From NCBI RefSeq assembly GCF_043950625.1, contig NZ_CP171007.1: a stretch of 32,000 nt of DNA; one strand, 5' to 3'. Made by a program: the position numbers and the translations under genes. This document shows, one piece after another, positions 10,732-19,919 of this stretch. The DNA comes from Alkanindiges sp. WGS2144 (lineage in GTDB: Bacteria; Pseudomonadota; Gammaproteobacteria; Pseudomonadales; Moraxellaceae). Under the pieces are notes generated by a model. That model saw only the letters and a list, made by a program, of their open reading frames with translations, was not told the DNA's origin and ran no database searches. How positions within the stretch are numbered: the stretch's first letter is position 1; each line of letters opens with the position of its first letter.

Positions 10732-11217
10732 ATGACACAGTCACTACCTGCTCCCGCTTTCCAGCTCTGGATTGATGCTGATGCGATTCCGCGTATCCTG
10801 CGTGATATTATTTTTAGAGCGTCAGATCGTCATTTATTAAACGTCATTTTTGTGGCTAACCAGCCTCTGGGCATTAAACCTTCGGTGCGGATTAAGTCCA
10901 TTCAGGTGATGCATGGGGCGGATAGTGCAGACTGTGAAATTGTTGAACGGATGCAAAAAGGTGATATCGTGGTGACGCAGGATATCCCGCTGGCCGCTCA
11001 GGTGATTGAAAAAGGCGGGACAGCCATTCATCCGCGTGGAGAGATTTTTACCCCTGATAATGTCAGGGCACGCTTGCATTTACGTGACTACATGGAAGTA
11101 TTGCGCGGCGCAGGGGTGCAAACCGGCGGGCCGCCACCAATTTCGGATAAAGAGAAAAAGGCCTTTGCGGATTCTCTGGAAAAGACGATTCAAAAAGAGA
11201 AACGAAGAAAGCCATAA
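10732..11217 (+). CDS. yaiI: YaiI/YqxD family protein (UPF0178/DUF188)
   Basis: [19 protein letters not shown]...VANQ...VTQDIPLAA matches the characteristic YaiI N-terminal IWVDADACP pattern. The size is ~160 aa. Confidence 0.75.
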   Translation: MTQSLPAPAFQLWIDADAIPRILRDIIFRASDRHLLNVIFVANQPLGIKPSVRIKSIQVMHGADSADCEIVERMQKGDIVVTQDIPLAAQVIEKGGTAIHPRGEIFTPDNVRARLHLRDYMEVLRGAGVQTGGPPPISDKEKKAFADSLEKTIQKEKRRKP

Positions 11218-11245
11218 ACGACGAAAAATTAGTTGAGATCACATC

Positions 11246-11449
11246 TTGGAAACTTCACAACTCTTGCTTGGCGTTATCTTTAGCTCTATTGGTTTAGGCT
11301 ACCTGATTTACGGTGCTAAACAGCGGGTCAGTGTGCCATTTGTATGTGGGCTAATATTGATGATTTTTCCCTACTATGCGGGGAGCATTGGCGTGCTGGT
11401 TTTAGTGGGTGCCGTGCTATCTGCCACCCCTTATTTTGTTAAAATTTAA
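11246..11449 (+). CDS. Small predicted two-TM membrane protein (hypothetical)
   Basis: The 67-codon ORF has only a TTG start and a weak RBS. It contains two hydrophobic, Gly-rich helices. Support is limited to ORF length and hydrophobicity. Confidence 0.35.
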   Translation: METSQLLLGVIFSSIGLGYLIYGAKQRVSVPFVCGLILMIFPYYAGSIGVLVLVGAVLSATPYFVKI

Positions 11450-11587
11450 ATGGTTAAAGGATTAAAAAGTAATCATAAAAAATATATGTAATCGCAGCCT
11501 AGCTCCTACAACCCACAACAAGCCATCAATTGAGATCAAATTTTCAGCCCCCATTAAAGCAGAGTATGTTTTTCACTTAGGGCTATT

Positions 11588-12190
11588 GTGAACCACAATT
11601 TTCGTATTCCAACCATTGATGCGCTTTTGCAGGATGTGCAGGGCTGTAATTTGTGTGCCGAGCAGTTGCCGTATACTCCCCGTCCTATTTTGCAGGTTAA
11701 TCCACAGGCAAAAATTTTAATTGCCTCGCAGGCGCCGGGGCGAAAAGCGCATGATAGCGGCACGCCTTTTAATGATGTGAGCGGAGATCGCCTGCGGCAC
11801 TGGTTGGGCATGAGCCGTGAAGCATTTTATGATGCCAGTAAAGTGGCGATTGTGCCGATGGGTTTTTGCTATCCGGGCAGGGGAAAATCGGGCGATTTAC
11901 CACCCAGACCTGAATGTGCTGCCAGCTGGCATGAGCGATTATTTAAGCTTATGCCCAACATTGAGCTGACGGTGTTAATTGGTCAGTATGCTCAGGCTTA
12001 TCATTTGCAGGCGGCGCATGATTCGGTGGCTCACAATGTCATGAACTGGCGTGAATTCTGGCCGCATACTATTCCATTGCCACACCCAAGCCCGCGCAAT
12101 ATTTTCTGGTTGCGGCGTAATCCATGGTTTGAGACAGAAGTGGTTCCTGCATTACAGCAGCGTGTGAGAGAAGTACTGGCTAAGGCTTAG
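11588..12190 (+). CDS. Uracil-DNA glycosylase superfamily protein
   Basis: It has a GTG start. The N-terminus has C-x2-C, then ILIASQAPGRKAHDSGTPFNDVSGDRL (a UDG motif-A-like xQAPG) and a C-terminal HPSPRN motif-B-like segment. Confidence 0.7.
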   Translation: MNHNFRIPTIDALLQDVQGCNLCAEQLPYTPRPILQVNPQAKILIASQAPGRKAHDSGTPFNDVSGDRLRHWLGMSREAFYDASKVAIVPMGFCYPGRGKSGDLPPRPECAASWHERLFKLMPNIELTVLIGQYAQAYHLQAAHDSVAHNVMNWREFWPHTIPLPHPSPRNIFWLRRNPWFETEVVPALQQRVREVLAKA

Positions 12191-13082
12191 CGCTATTGGC
12201 ATCAATACGCGCACTTAAATTGCCCTGCAAGCCGCCAGTATGAATCGCAAGAATTTGACTGTTTGCTGGAAAAAAACCTTTTTCAATCAGATCAAAAATA
12301 CCGAATAGCATTTTGCCAGTATAAATTGGCTCAATTTCGATGCCGGTTTGCCGTTTAAAATCCTGTACAAACGCTAAAAGCGCGGGCGTGGTTTTGGCAT
12401 AGCCGCCGAAGTGATAGTCAGGAATTACTTGCCAATTGGTTTTCTGCGTCCACTGCTGGATTTCTGTTTGTAAAAAATCACCCTTCAAGGCGGAAAAACC
12501 TAAAACAGTTTGCTGCTCCGTACTGGATTCAATAATGCCTGCAATAGTGCCGCCAGTCCCTACCGCACAGCAGATATAATCAAATTGTTGTTTGTCTTGT
12601 GGCGTTAATATTTCGGTACAGCCTTGCACTGCCAGCAGATTGGTTCCCCCTTCGGGAACTAAATAAAAATTGCCAAACTGGTGTTGCAACGCTTGAATAA
12701 AGCTGGGTTCGGTTTTGCGTCGATAATCCGCGCGGCTGATAAACTTAAACTGCATTCCATATTGCTGTGCCAGCTTAAGCGTTGGGTTGTCATTAAGTTT
12801 ATGGACTAGCTCTTCGCCACGAATAATACCAATCGTATTAAAACCAAATTCATGCCCGGCAGCAGCAAGCGCAGCAATATGGTTAGAATATGCACCGCCA
12901 AAGCTGAGCAGTGTAGTATGTTTGAGTTTTTGTGCCTCAAGCAAATTGTATTTCAATTTGCGAAACTTGTTACCGGAAATCTGCGGGTGTAGTAAATCCT
13001 CACGTTTCATAAAAATACGGATATTGTTGGGGAAATTGACTGCTAATTGCTGGATTGGACTACTGGCCTGAGGATTAAGCAT
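12180..13082 (-). CDS. PLP-dependent D-cysteine desulfhydrase / ACC deaminase family protein
   Basis: SGNKFRKLKYNL carries the PLP-lysine motif. A fold-type II layout follows (GGAYSNH, CAVGTGGT, GGY). I prefer the start at ATG 13082 (MLNPQ...); alternatives are 13094 and 13127. Confidence 0.8.
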   Translation of the reverse strand: MLNPQASSPIQQLAVNFPNNIRIFMKREDLLHPQISGNKFRKLKYNLLEAQKLKHTTLLSFGGAYSNHIAALAAAGHEFGFNTIGIIRGEELVHKLNDNPTLKLAQQYGMQFKFISRADYRRKTEPSFIQALQHQFGNFYLVPEGGTNLLAVQGCTEILTPQDKQQFDYICCAVGTGGTIAGIIESSTEQQTVLGFSALKGDFLQTEIQQWTQKTNWQVIPDYHFGGYAKTTPALLAFVQDFKRQTGIEIEPIYTGKMLFGIFDLIEKGFFPANSQILAIHTGGLQGNLSARIDANSAKP

Positions 13083-13173
13083 ATAAAAAAGCATATTTTG
13101 GTGATAGAAGTTTAAAAAACTCCACAAGGGTTGGCTACAATACGTCTATATGAATTAATAAAGCGACTGCGTA

Positions 13174-13665
13174 ATGCTCAATGTATATTTAACTGACCTT
13201 GAAAAGACTGTAGAGCTTGATTTGGGTCGCGGTAAGGATGATTTTAAGCATATTATGGCGCTTAAAAAAATCTTTTTAAGCACTGCCGACTTGCTCGAGC
13301 CGATATTGCCTGAACAGGTGAGTGGTAAACTGGATTCAGCACAAATTGGCTGGCGCACTACGCAGCCTGATCTGGACATTTTTAAAAAACTGGCTAGCAA
13401 CTGGCACATGCTTGAACTTCGCCTACAGGCTTATGCAGTATTTGCCGGCAATGAAGCCATGGCGATTATTGTGCAAGGTGCCCAGCAGCAGCGTCAGGCC
13501 TGGCACAAGGAAAAAACCAGTGCTGATCATAAACTGATTGACCTGGACATTGGTCTGCTTTATGTCATTCACCAGCAACTGGATCAGTTACTGCGTAAAG
13601 AGCCACCTTATGCCGATATGTTTTTGCAAGAATGGCCAGAATTTAAAATACCAGCAGTAAAGTAA
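13174..13665 (+). CDS. Hypothetical protein with no recognisable family
   Basis: This 163-codon ORF sits in an otherwise empty interval and is predicted all-helical. It has no clear RBS, so the start is uncertain. Confidence 0.45.
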   Translation: MLNVYLTDLEKTVELDLGRGKDDFKHIMALKKIFLSTADLLEPILPEQVSGKLDSAQIGWRTTQPDLDIFKKLASNWHMLELRLQAYAVFAGNEAMAIIVQGAQQQRQAWHKEKTSADHKLIDLDIGLLYVIHQQLDQLLRKEPPYADMFLQEWPEFKIPAVK

Positions 13666-13755
13666 AAAATATTAAGGCTTAAAAAATAAGGTGTAGTGAA
13701 GTGATCAATACCTTAGAATAGCGCGATTTTTGGTTTTGGTTAAACAGGAAAAACA

Positions 13756-14472
13756 ATGAGTACATTTAATTTAAAGCGGGGGCTGCCTATATTGGCGGTG
13801 GCAGTGCTGACAATGGCAAGTATGAATGCCAACGCTGATTTTGTGGGTTTATATGCTGGTGTGGATGGCATGTATACCAAGGCAGATGACAGCGCCGGGC
13901 AGTCAAAGGATAAATTCAACGCGGTTTATAATCTGGCTTTTGAGCATCCAGTACCGTTTTTGCCTAATGTAAAACTACGCTATAGCGACTTTAGCAATAC
14001 TGAGAGTGACGGCAACGCGCTATATGTTGTGGATCAAACAGTTGGTGTGCAAACGCTGGACGCGCTGGGCTACTATGAGATTCTGGATAATATCGTGAGC
14101 GTGGATGCTGGTCTTGGCGTAAAGCGGCTAAATACCAAAGATGCCGTGCGTGTGAGTGTTGCTAATTTGGCCGCTGTGGCAAAAAGCAAATATGACGAAA
14201 CCATGCCTGCGTTGTATGTCGCGGCTGGCGGCAAAATGCCATTTACTGGCCTGAGTGCCAAAGCAGAAGTGATGGCTGGCAAGAGCAGTGATGCGGACTT
14301 TAGCGACATTAATGCTGAAGTAAAATATAACTTTATTGAGAATATTGCACTGGATTTAGGCGTGAAGTTTGGCTATCGTGCCATGACCATTAATTTTGAT
14401 GACGATGCCAAAACTGCGTTAAGAGAAGTAAAGGCGAAGGGGCCTTATTTGGGGTTAGAGGCGCATTTTTAA
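13756..14472 (+). CDS. Outer-membrane beta-barrel protein
   Basis: An AGGA RBS lies upstream. It has a signal peptide ending MNANA|DF, alternating beta-strand pattern, and a C-terminal GLEAHF (terminal Phe) typical of BAM substrates. Confidence 0.65.
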   Translation: MSTFNLKRGLPILAVAVLTMASMNANADFVGLYAGVDGMYTKADDSAGQSKDKFNAVYNLAFEHPVPFLPNVKLRYSDFSNTESDGNALYVVDQTVGVQTLDALGYYEILDNIVSVDAGLGVKRLNTKDAVRVSVANLAAVAKSKYDETMPALYVAAGGKMPFTGLSAKAEVMAGKSSDADFSDINAEVKYNFIENIALDLGVKFGYRAMTINFDDDAKTALREVKAKGPYLGLEAHF

Positions 14473-14491
14473 TCATTGCATGATTTTTACT

Positions 14492-14527
14492 AAGCCGATT
14501 GCTTCTTGAGATAATCGGCTTTTTTAT
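14492..14527 (+). terminator. Intrinsic terminator after the OMP gene
   Basis: AAGCCGATT-N12-AATCGGCTT followed by TTTTTAT. Confidence 0.6.
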
Positions 14528-14545
14528 TGGTATTTTTTTGAGAAG

Positions 14546-14968
14546 TTATTCAAACCAATTAATAAGCCGTAGCCCTGTAATTGTTTCAAAATCTTTAGTA
14601 TTACGAGTGACTAGGCTTAAACCCTGCGACATTGCAATTGCAGCAATCTGACCATCTGCAAAGGGCAGGGTGTGACCAGTTTTTTGTGCCTCAACTCTAA
14701 TTTCTGCGTGAATTTTTGCCGCCGCCGTGTCATACGGCAAGATCGGTAGCAAGCTCACTACATCATGCAGAAATAGACCAATAGATTGCTTACGTTTGCT
14801 GTCGGGCATTCTTAACCAGCCAAAACGCAGTTCATGCCAAACCAAACTTGGAATGGCAATTTCGTTTTTATAAGTCTGGAATTGCTGGAATACATGCGTG
14901 TTAGGCTCAACTTTGACCAGTTCTGAAATAATATTGGTGTCCAATAAAAGGCTAACGTGACTTACCAA
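14546..14968 (-). CDS. vapC: VapC-family PIN-domain toxin (type II TA)
   Basis: LLLDTNIISEL..., FADGQIAAIA and VTRNTKDF supply the conserved PIN acidic residues. A TTG start overlaps the antitoxin stop by 7 nt. Confidence 0.85.
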   Translation of the reverse strand: MVSHVSLLLDTNIISELVKVEPNTHVFQQFQTYKNEIAIPSLVWHELRFGWLRMPDSKRKQSIGLFLHDVVSLLPILPYDTAAAKIHAEIRVEAQKTGHTLPFADGQIAAIAMSQGLSLVTRNTKDFETITGLRLINWFE

Positions 14969-15234
14969 GAGAAATCCCGCCCTTCAGACTGATCGCGTTC
15001 AACGATAAAATCCTCGTCAGAATCGCTCAGCTCATCTTTAAATTTTTCCCGCCAAGCGTTAAGGCTCTCCGCAATATCTGAGGGCTGACCCGTTAGTTTT
15101 TGATACTCTGGAACAGACATCAAAACCGCAGTGGTTTGCCCACGCTGAGAGATGAAGACTTTCTCACCTTGTTTGCTCTGGTCGATGAGATCGGCAAGGT
15201 GGGCACGTGCTTGAGTGAAGGGAATGGAGGTCAT
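14962..15234 (-). CDS. Phd/YefM-family antitoxin paired with VapC
   Basis: MTSIPFTQARAHLADLIDQS...VFISQRGQTTAVLMSVPEYQKL is a typical Phd/YefM N-domain, followed by an acidic C-terminal tail. An AAGGAG RBS lies 6 nt upstream. Confidence 0.85.
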   Translation of the reverse strand: MTSIPFTQARAHLADLIDQSKQGEKVFISQRGQTTAVLMSVPEYQKLTGQPSDIAESLNAWREKFKDELSDSDEDFIVERDQSEGRDFSW

Positions 15235-15251
15235 GGGTAGCTCCTTTTAGG

Positions 15252-15291
15252 TGTACGTTTTAATTGTACATCTAGTGATGGATTTTCTCAA
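15252..15291 (-). promoter_or_regulatory. Putative vapBC promoter with an overlapping operator palindrome
   Basis: On the minus strand: TTGAGA (15291-15286), a 17-nt spacer, TACAAT (15268-15263). The inverted repeat TGTAC-N9-GTACA (15252-15270) overlaps the -10 and the transcription start. Confidence 0.5.
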
Positions 15292-15326
15292 ATTTTAAAA
15301 AAGAATATCTATTAGTACCTCAAAAG

Positions 15327-15342
15327 GTGCTTTTAAGAGCAC
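15327..15342 (+). promoter_or_regulatory. Near-perfect 16-bp palindrome upstream of the relBE-like operon (candidate operator)
   Basis: GTGCTTTTAAGAGCAC has 7 of 8 symmetric pairs. It lies ~40 nt upstream of the antitoxin RBS (GGAGGA at 15374-15379). Confidence 0.35.
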
Positions 15343-15383
15343 TAAAAAATGTTATTATTAATAGAGATTCTATGGAGGATAAA

Positions 15384-15635
15384 ATGATGACTCAAATGAT
15401 TCATGCACGAATGACTGCAAGCATTACTGAGTTGAAAAAAAGCCCAATGGACACTGTTTTGTCGGGTCATGGTGAAACAGTTGCTATTTTGAACCGCAAT
15501 ACGCCAGCTTTTTATTGTGTTCCTGCTGATCTATACGAACAAATGATTGAACAGCTTGAAGATTTAGAATTAAACGCAATTGCTGATGCGCGTGGGAATC
15601 AAAGACGCATTCGAGTAAACATTAATGACCTATGA
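15384..15635 (+). CDS. Phd/YefM (StbD/RelB-like) antitoxin
   Basis: The start at ATG 15384 lies ~5 nt after GGAGGA. ITELKKSPMDTV...ETVAILNRNTPAFYCVPADLYEQMIEQLEDLEL is typical of StbD/YefM. Its end overlaps the downstream toxin start by 11 nt. Confidence 0.8.
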   Translation: MMTQMIHARMTASITELKKSPMDTVLSGHGETVAILNRNTPAFYCVPADLYEQMIEQLEDLELNAIADARGNQRRIRVNINDL

Positions 15636-15909
15636 GCTTGATTTTGTTGAAGCAGCGTTAAAAGAATGGAAGAAGTTGAATCCATCAGTCCAGCAGCAAT
15701 TTAAAAAGAAACTGGTTAAAATTCTGGATAATCCGGAAATTCCTAAAAATCGACTTTCCGGACATCCAAACCGTTATAAAATTAAGCTACGAAATATTGG
15801 CTATCGCTTAGTGTATGAAGTGATTAACCAAGAAGTAGTGGTTTTGGTAATCGCAGTAGGTAAGCGAGAGAATAACTCGGTTTATTTGGCTGCCGAAAGC
15901 GATAAATAG
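15625..15909 (+). CDS. relE: RelE/StbE/ParE-superfamily toxin
   Basis: 94 aa. L-x-F-x5-A-x-KEWKKL...YKIKLRNIGYRLVYEV...VVVLVIAVGKRENNSVY is the classic RelE/StbE pattern. Confidence 0.85.
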   Translation: MTYELDFVEAALKEWKKLNPSVQQQFKKKLVKILDNPEIPKNRLSGHPNRYKIKLRNIGYRLVYEVINQEVVVLVIAVGKRENNSVYLAAESDK

Positions 15910-15911
15910 AA

Positions 15912-15941
15912 TAAAAAAGAAGGGCAACAAAAGTTGCCCTT
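15912..15941 (-). terminator. Intrinsic terminator of valS
   Basis: On the minus strand, AAGGGCAAC-TTTT-GTTGCCCTT is followed by CTTTTTTATT, directly 3' of the valS stop. Confidence 0.6.
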
Positions 15942-15957
15942 TGCAGTATCTGCTGAT

Positions 15958-18915
15958 TTACAACGCCTCTAACTGACTCTTCTGCCCATTTAACTTCTGC
16001 AACTGATCGCCTAAATCTGCAAGCACGGCCTTTTCACTTTCTACCACATTGGCTGGCGCTTTAGCCAAAAAGCCCTGATTGGAAAGCTTGGTATTCAACT
16101 GATCAAACTGCTTTTGCAGCTTCTCAATCTTTTTACTCAGGCGGCCAATTTCAGCTTGTGGATCAATTAAGCCCTTCATCGGTACAAAAATGGAAACCTG
16201 ACCTACCACACTACTGGATGACAGCGGCGGTTCCTGATCATTGGCTAAAAACTCAATGCTTTCTACTTTGGACAAGACTTTAAACAACGGCTCAATACGG
16301 TTTAGCTGCTCGCGTTCCTTGTTGCTCACGTTTTTCAGCAATACAGGCAGCAAGCGTGCATTACCCAAGCCCATTTCACCGCGAATATTACGCACTGCAC
16401 CAATCAAACCTTGCAGCCAGGTCATGTCAGCTTCGGCTTGCTCATTCACTTTGGTCTGATCAGCCACAGGGTAAGGGGCGAGCATAATACTGTTTTTATC
16501 TGCCGCGCCTTGTCGACCGATCATCGGGGCAAGGGTTTGCCAGATTTCTTCAGTCAAAAATGGCATCAGCGGATGCAGCAAACGCAAGCTAGTTTCCATG
16601 GTTGCTAATAACACACGACGCACTTCGGCTTTGCGCTCTTCGCTCACATCTTCACCATTTAATACAGGTTTAGCCAGTTCCACATACCAGTCGCAGTATT
16701 CGTTCCAGACAAAGTCATACATGGTTTGTGCTACCATATCCAGACGATAATCAGCAAAGGCTTTATGAACGGCGGCTTCGGCTTTTTGCAAACGGCTAAC
16801 AATCCACTGTTCCGGCAGTTCCCATAGGTCAGTGCGTGGAGCTTGACCAACGGTTTTACCTTCCACATTCATTAACACAAAACGGGTGGCGTTCCAGATC
16901 TTGTTGCAGAAGTTACGATAGCCTTCCACGCGCTTCATATCAAACTTGATATCGCGGCCAGTGTTGGCTAAAGCACAGAATGTAAAGCGCAGGGCATCAG
17001 TGCCGTAAGCCTGAATGCCATCCGGAAATTCTTTGCGGGTAGCTTTTTCAATTTTGGCCGCATCTTTCGGGTTCATCAAGCCGGTAGTGCGCTTTGCCAC
17101 CAGCGTTTCCAGATCAATACCATCGACCAAATCCAGCGGGTCTAACACGTTGCCTTTGGATTTAGACATTTTCTGGCCTTCGCTATCACGCACCAGACCA
17201 TGCACATACACGGTTTTAAACGGCACTTGTGGCGTACCATCTTCATTTTTGACAAAGTGCAGGGTCATCATAATCATGCGGGCAACCCAGAAGAAAATGA
17301 TGTCAAAACCAGTCACCAACACATCAGTAGAATGGAAAGTATTTAAAAAATAGTTTTCCGCATCTTTGGCGGCATCACCTGTCCAGTCCAGTGTTGAGAA
17401 TGTCCACAGCGCAGAGGAGAACCAAGTATCTAAAACGTCTTCATCCTGATTCAGTTGAATGTCTGCACCCAGATTATATTTCTGGCGCACTTCGTCTTCA
17501 GAACGGCCAACATACACGCTGCCGTCCTGCGCATACCAGGCCGGAATGCGGTGTCCCCACCAGAGCTGACGGCTAATGCACCAGTCCTGAATGTTGTTCA
17601 TCCAGGACATATACATATTGCTGTATTGCTCTGGTACAAATTTGATGTCGCCATTTTGCACCGCTTGAATGGCAGGCTCGGCCAGCGGCGCAATTTTCAC
17701 GTACCACTGGTCAGTCAGTAACGGTTCAACAATCACGCCGGAACGGTCACCGCGCGGTGCTTTAAGCGTATATGGCTCGATTTTTTCTAGCCAGCCCTCA
17801 CTCTCAGCCTGTGCCACCAGCTTTTTACGCGCAGCAAAACGCTCAAGTCCAGCATAATCAATTGGTGCGGCAAACTGGTTGCTAATCGGTTGACCTGCTG
17901 CTTCAATCCAGTCAAATTCCTGCAAAACTTCGGCATTTTTATTAAAAATATTAATGAGCGGCAGATTGTGGCGCTTGCCAACTTCGTAGTCATTAAAGTC
18001 ATGTGCTGGGGTGATTTTGACGCAACCCGTACCAAAGTCTTTTTCAACATAGTCATCGCCCACAATGGGCACTAGGCGGTTGGTAATTGGTAGGCGGATA
18101 TTTTGACCAATTAGGTGCTTGTAACGATCATCGTCAGGATGCACGGCAACTGCGCTATCACCTAGTAAGGTTTCAGGGCGTGTGGTGGCAACCACCAGAT
18201 AATTGTTGCCATCGCTGGTTGTGGTGCTGTCATTTTCAAAGAAATATTTGAAATGCCACAGCGAGCCTTGTTCCTCATTGTTTTCAACTTCAAGGTCGGA
18301 CAGGGCAGTGTGCAGTTTCGGGTCCCAGTTGACCAAGCGTTTGCCACGATAAATCAGGCCGTCTTCATGTAGCCGTACAAACACTTCTTTCACTGCATTG
18401 GACAAGCCTTCATCCATAGTAAAGCGTTCTCGAGACCAGTCGACTGAAGAACCCAGACGACGGATTTGCTGGGTAATGGTGCCGCCGGATTTTTCCTTCC
18501 ATTCCCAGATTTTTTCAATGAAGTTTTCACGGCCAAGGTCATGACGGCTGATGTTTTGTGCGGCCAGTTGACGTTCTACGACCATTTGCGTGGCGATACC
18601 AGCGTGGTCAGTTCCTGGTTGCCATAAGGTATTGTCGCCCAGCATGCGATGATAACGAACCATGGCATCCATAATGGCATTGTTAAAGCCATGACCCATG
18701 TGCAGGCTACCGGTCACATTGGGCGGTGGAATCATGATGGTAAATGGCTTGGCGGTTGAATTTTCTTCAGTGCCTTGAGGTTTAAAATAGCCTTGTTTCT
18801 CCCAGACGTCATACCAATGCGCTTCAATGGCGGCTGGATCATAGGTGGTAGAAATATTTTGCTGGCTCTCTGCTGAACTATTATCTGCTGCGCTGTTGTC
18901 AACTGTATTGGTCAT
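15958..18915 (-). CDS. valS: Valine--tRNA ligase
   Basis: About 985 aa, with the HIGH-type motif ([13 protein letters not shown]), KMSKS ([10 protein letters not shown]), an editing domain and a C-terminal coiled coil. I prefer ATG 18915 over the track's TTG 18921. Confidence 0.95.
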   Translation of the reverse strand: MTNTVDNSAADNSSAESQQNISTTYDPAAIEAHWYDVWEKQGYFKPQGTEENSTAKPFTIMIPPPNVTGSLHMGHGFNNAIMDAMVRYHRMLGDNTLWQPGTDHAGIATQMVVERQLAAQNISRHDLGRENFIEKIWEWKEKSGGTITQQIRRLGSSVDWSRERFTMDEGLSNAVKEVFVRLHEDGLIYRGKRLVNWDPKLHTALSDLEVENNEEQGSLWHFKYFFENDSTTTSDGNNYLVVATTRPETLLGDSAVAVHPDDDRYKHLIGQNIRLPITNRLVPIVGDDYVEKDFGTGCVKITPAHDFNDYEVGKRHNLPLINIFNKNAEVLQEFDWIEAAGQPISNQFAAPIDYAGLERFAARKKLVAQAESEGWLEKIEPYTLKAPRGDRSGVIVEPLLTDQWYVKIAPLAEPAIQAVQNGDIKFVPEQYSNMYMSWMNNIQDWCISRQLWWGHRIPAWYAQDGSVYVGRSEDEVRQKYNLGADIQLNQDEDVLDTWFSSALWTFSTLDWTGDAAKDAENYFLNTFHSTDVLVTGFDIIFFWVARMIMMTLHFVKNEDGTPQVPFKTVYVHGLVRDSEGQKMSKSKGNVLDPLDLVDGIDLETLVAKRTTGLMNPKDAAKIEKATRKEFPDGIQAYGTDALRFTFCALANTGRDIKFDMKRVEGYRNFCNKIWNATRFVLMNVEGKTVGQAPRTDLWELPEQWIVSRLQKAEAAVHKAFADYRLDMVAQTMYDFVWNEYCDWYVELAKPVLNGEDVSEERKAEVRRVLLATMETSLRLLHPLMPFLTEEIWQTLAPMIGRQGAADKNSIMLAPYPVADQTKVNEQAEADMTWLQGLIGAVRNIRGEMGLGNARLLPVLLKNVSNKEREQLNRIEPLFKVLSKVESIEFLANDQEPPLSSSSVVGQVSIFVPMKGLIDPQAEIGRLSKKIEKLQKQFDQLNTKLSNQGFLAKAPANVVESEKAVLADLGDQLQKLNGQKSQLEAL

Positions 18916-19074
18916 CGACAAAAATCCAAAAATTAAATGAAAAAAATTGCCGTTATTGTAGCGGATTTTGCGGGCGATTTGCGATCAAAACGCAATTGAG
19001 TCAGACCGCAAGATGTTGTAGGTTTAAGCGGTACATAATGAATGACTCACTGGACAATAGCGAAACAGGAAACA

Positions 19075-19884
19075 ATGCCCATGGCGACACATTCACTGAC
19101 AGGGAAAGTAGTCTGGATTACAGGTGCATCCAGTGGGATTGGCGAGGCACTGGCACACCAATTTGCCAAACATGGCGCACAGGTCGTATTAAGTGCCCGA
19201 AGATTAGATGAGCTGGAGCGGGTAGCCCGTCACTTACGAAACCCTGAACAGCATATGATTTTGCCACTGGATGTGACAGATTACCCAGCGCTAGCTGCTG
19301 CTTATGGTGAAGTCATTCAGAAAAAAGGTCGGCTGGACTGGCTGATCAATAATGCCGGCATTAGCCAGCGTGCCCTGATCCATGACACCACTGAGCAGAC
19401 TGACCGCAAGATTATGGAAATTGATTATTTTGCCCCTGTAGCAATAACGCGTCAGGTATTGCCCAGTATGCTTAAGCAAGGTTCAGGACATGTGGTTTTT
19501 GTGTCCAGTGTAGCGGGGCTATTGGGCACCCAGTATCGGGCTAGCTATGCAGCGGCTAAAGGGGCTATTCATTTGTGGGCCAATAGCTTAAGGGCAGAAA
19601 TGGCAGATCAGGGCTTAAAGGTAGCCATTATTTTTCCGGGGTTTGTTAAAACCAATGTATCTGTAGCAGCGCTAACAGGAGATGGCCATGCTTTGGGCAC
19701 AATGGACGATGCTCAGGCTAACGCGATGAGCGCAGATGAGTTTGCCAAACAAGCTATTGAAGCCCTGGTAGCCGGTCAGGAATATATTGTGATTGGTGGT
19801 TTAAAGGAAAAACTGGGCGTGTGGCTGTCGCGCATTTATCCGCCCTTGATGTATAAAATGATCCGTAAAAGTAAAGTGCGTTAG
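19075..19884 (+). CDS. SDR-family oxidoreductase
   Basis: An ATG at 19075 follows AGGAAACA. It has ITGASSGIGEALA (TGxxxGxG), NNAG and YRASYAAAKGA (Y-x3-K). Confidence 0.8.
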   Translation: MPMATHSLTGKVVWITGASSGIGEALAHQFAKHGAQVVLSARRLDELERVARHLRNPEQHMILPLDVTDYPALAAAYGEVIQKKGRLDWLINNAGISQRALIHDTTEQTDRKIMEIDYFAPVAITRQVLPSMLKQGSGHVVFVSSVAGLLGTQYRASYAAAKGAIHLWANSLRAEMADQGLKVAIIFPGFVKTNVSVAALTGDGHALGTMDDAQANAMSADEFAKQAIEALVAGQEYIVIGGLKEKLGVWLSRIYPPLMYKMIRKSKVR

Positions 19885-19919
19885 TTAAAGGTTAAAAATA
19901 ATACTCAGGATGGGAAAGC

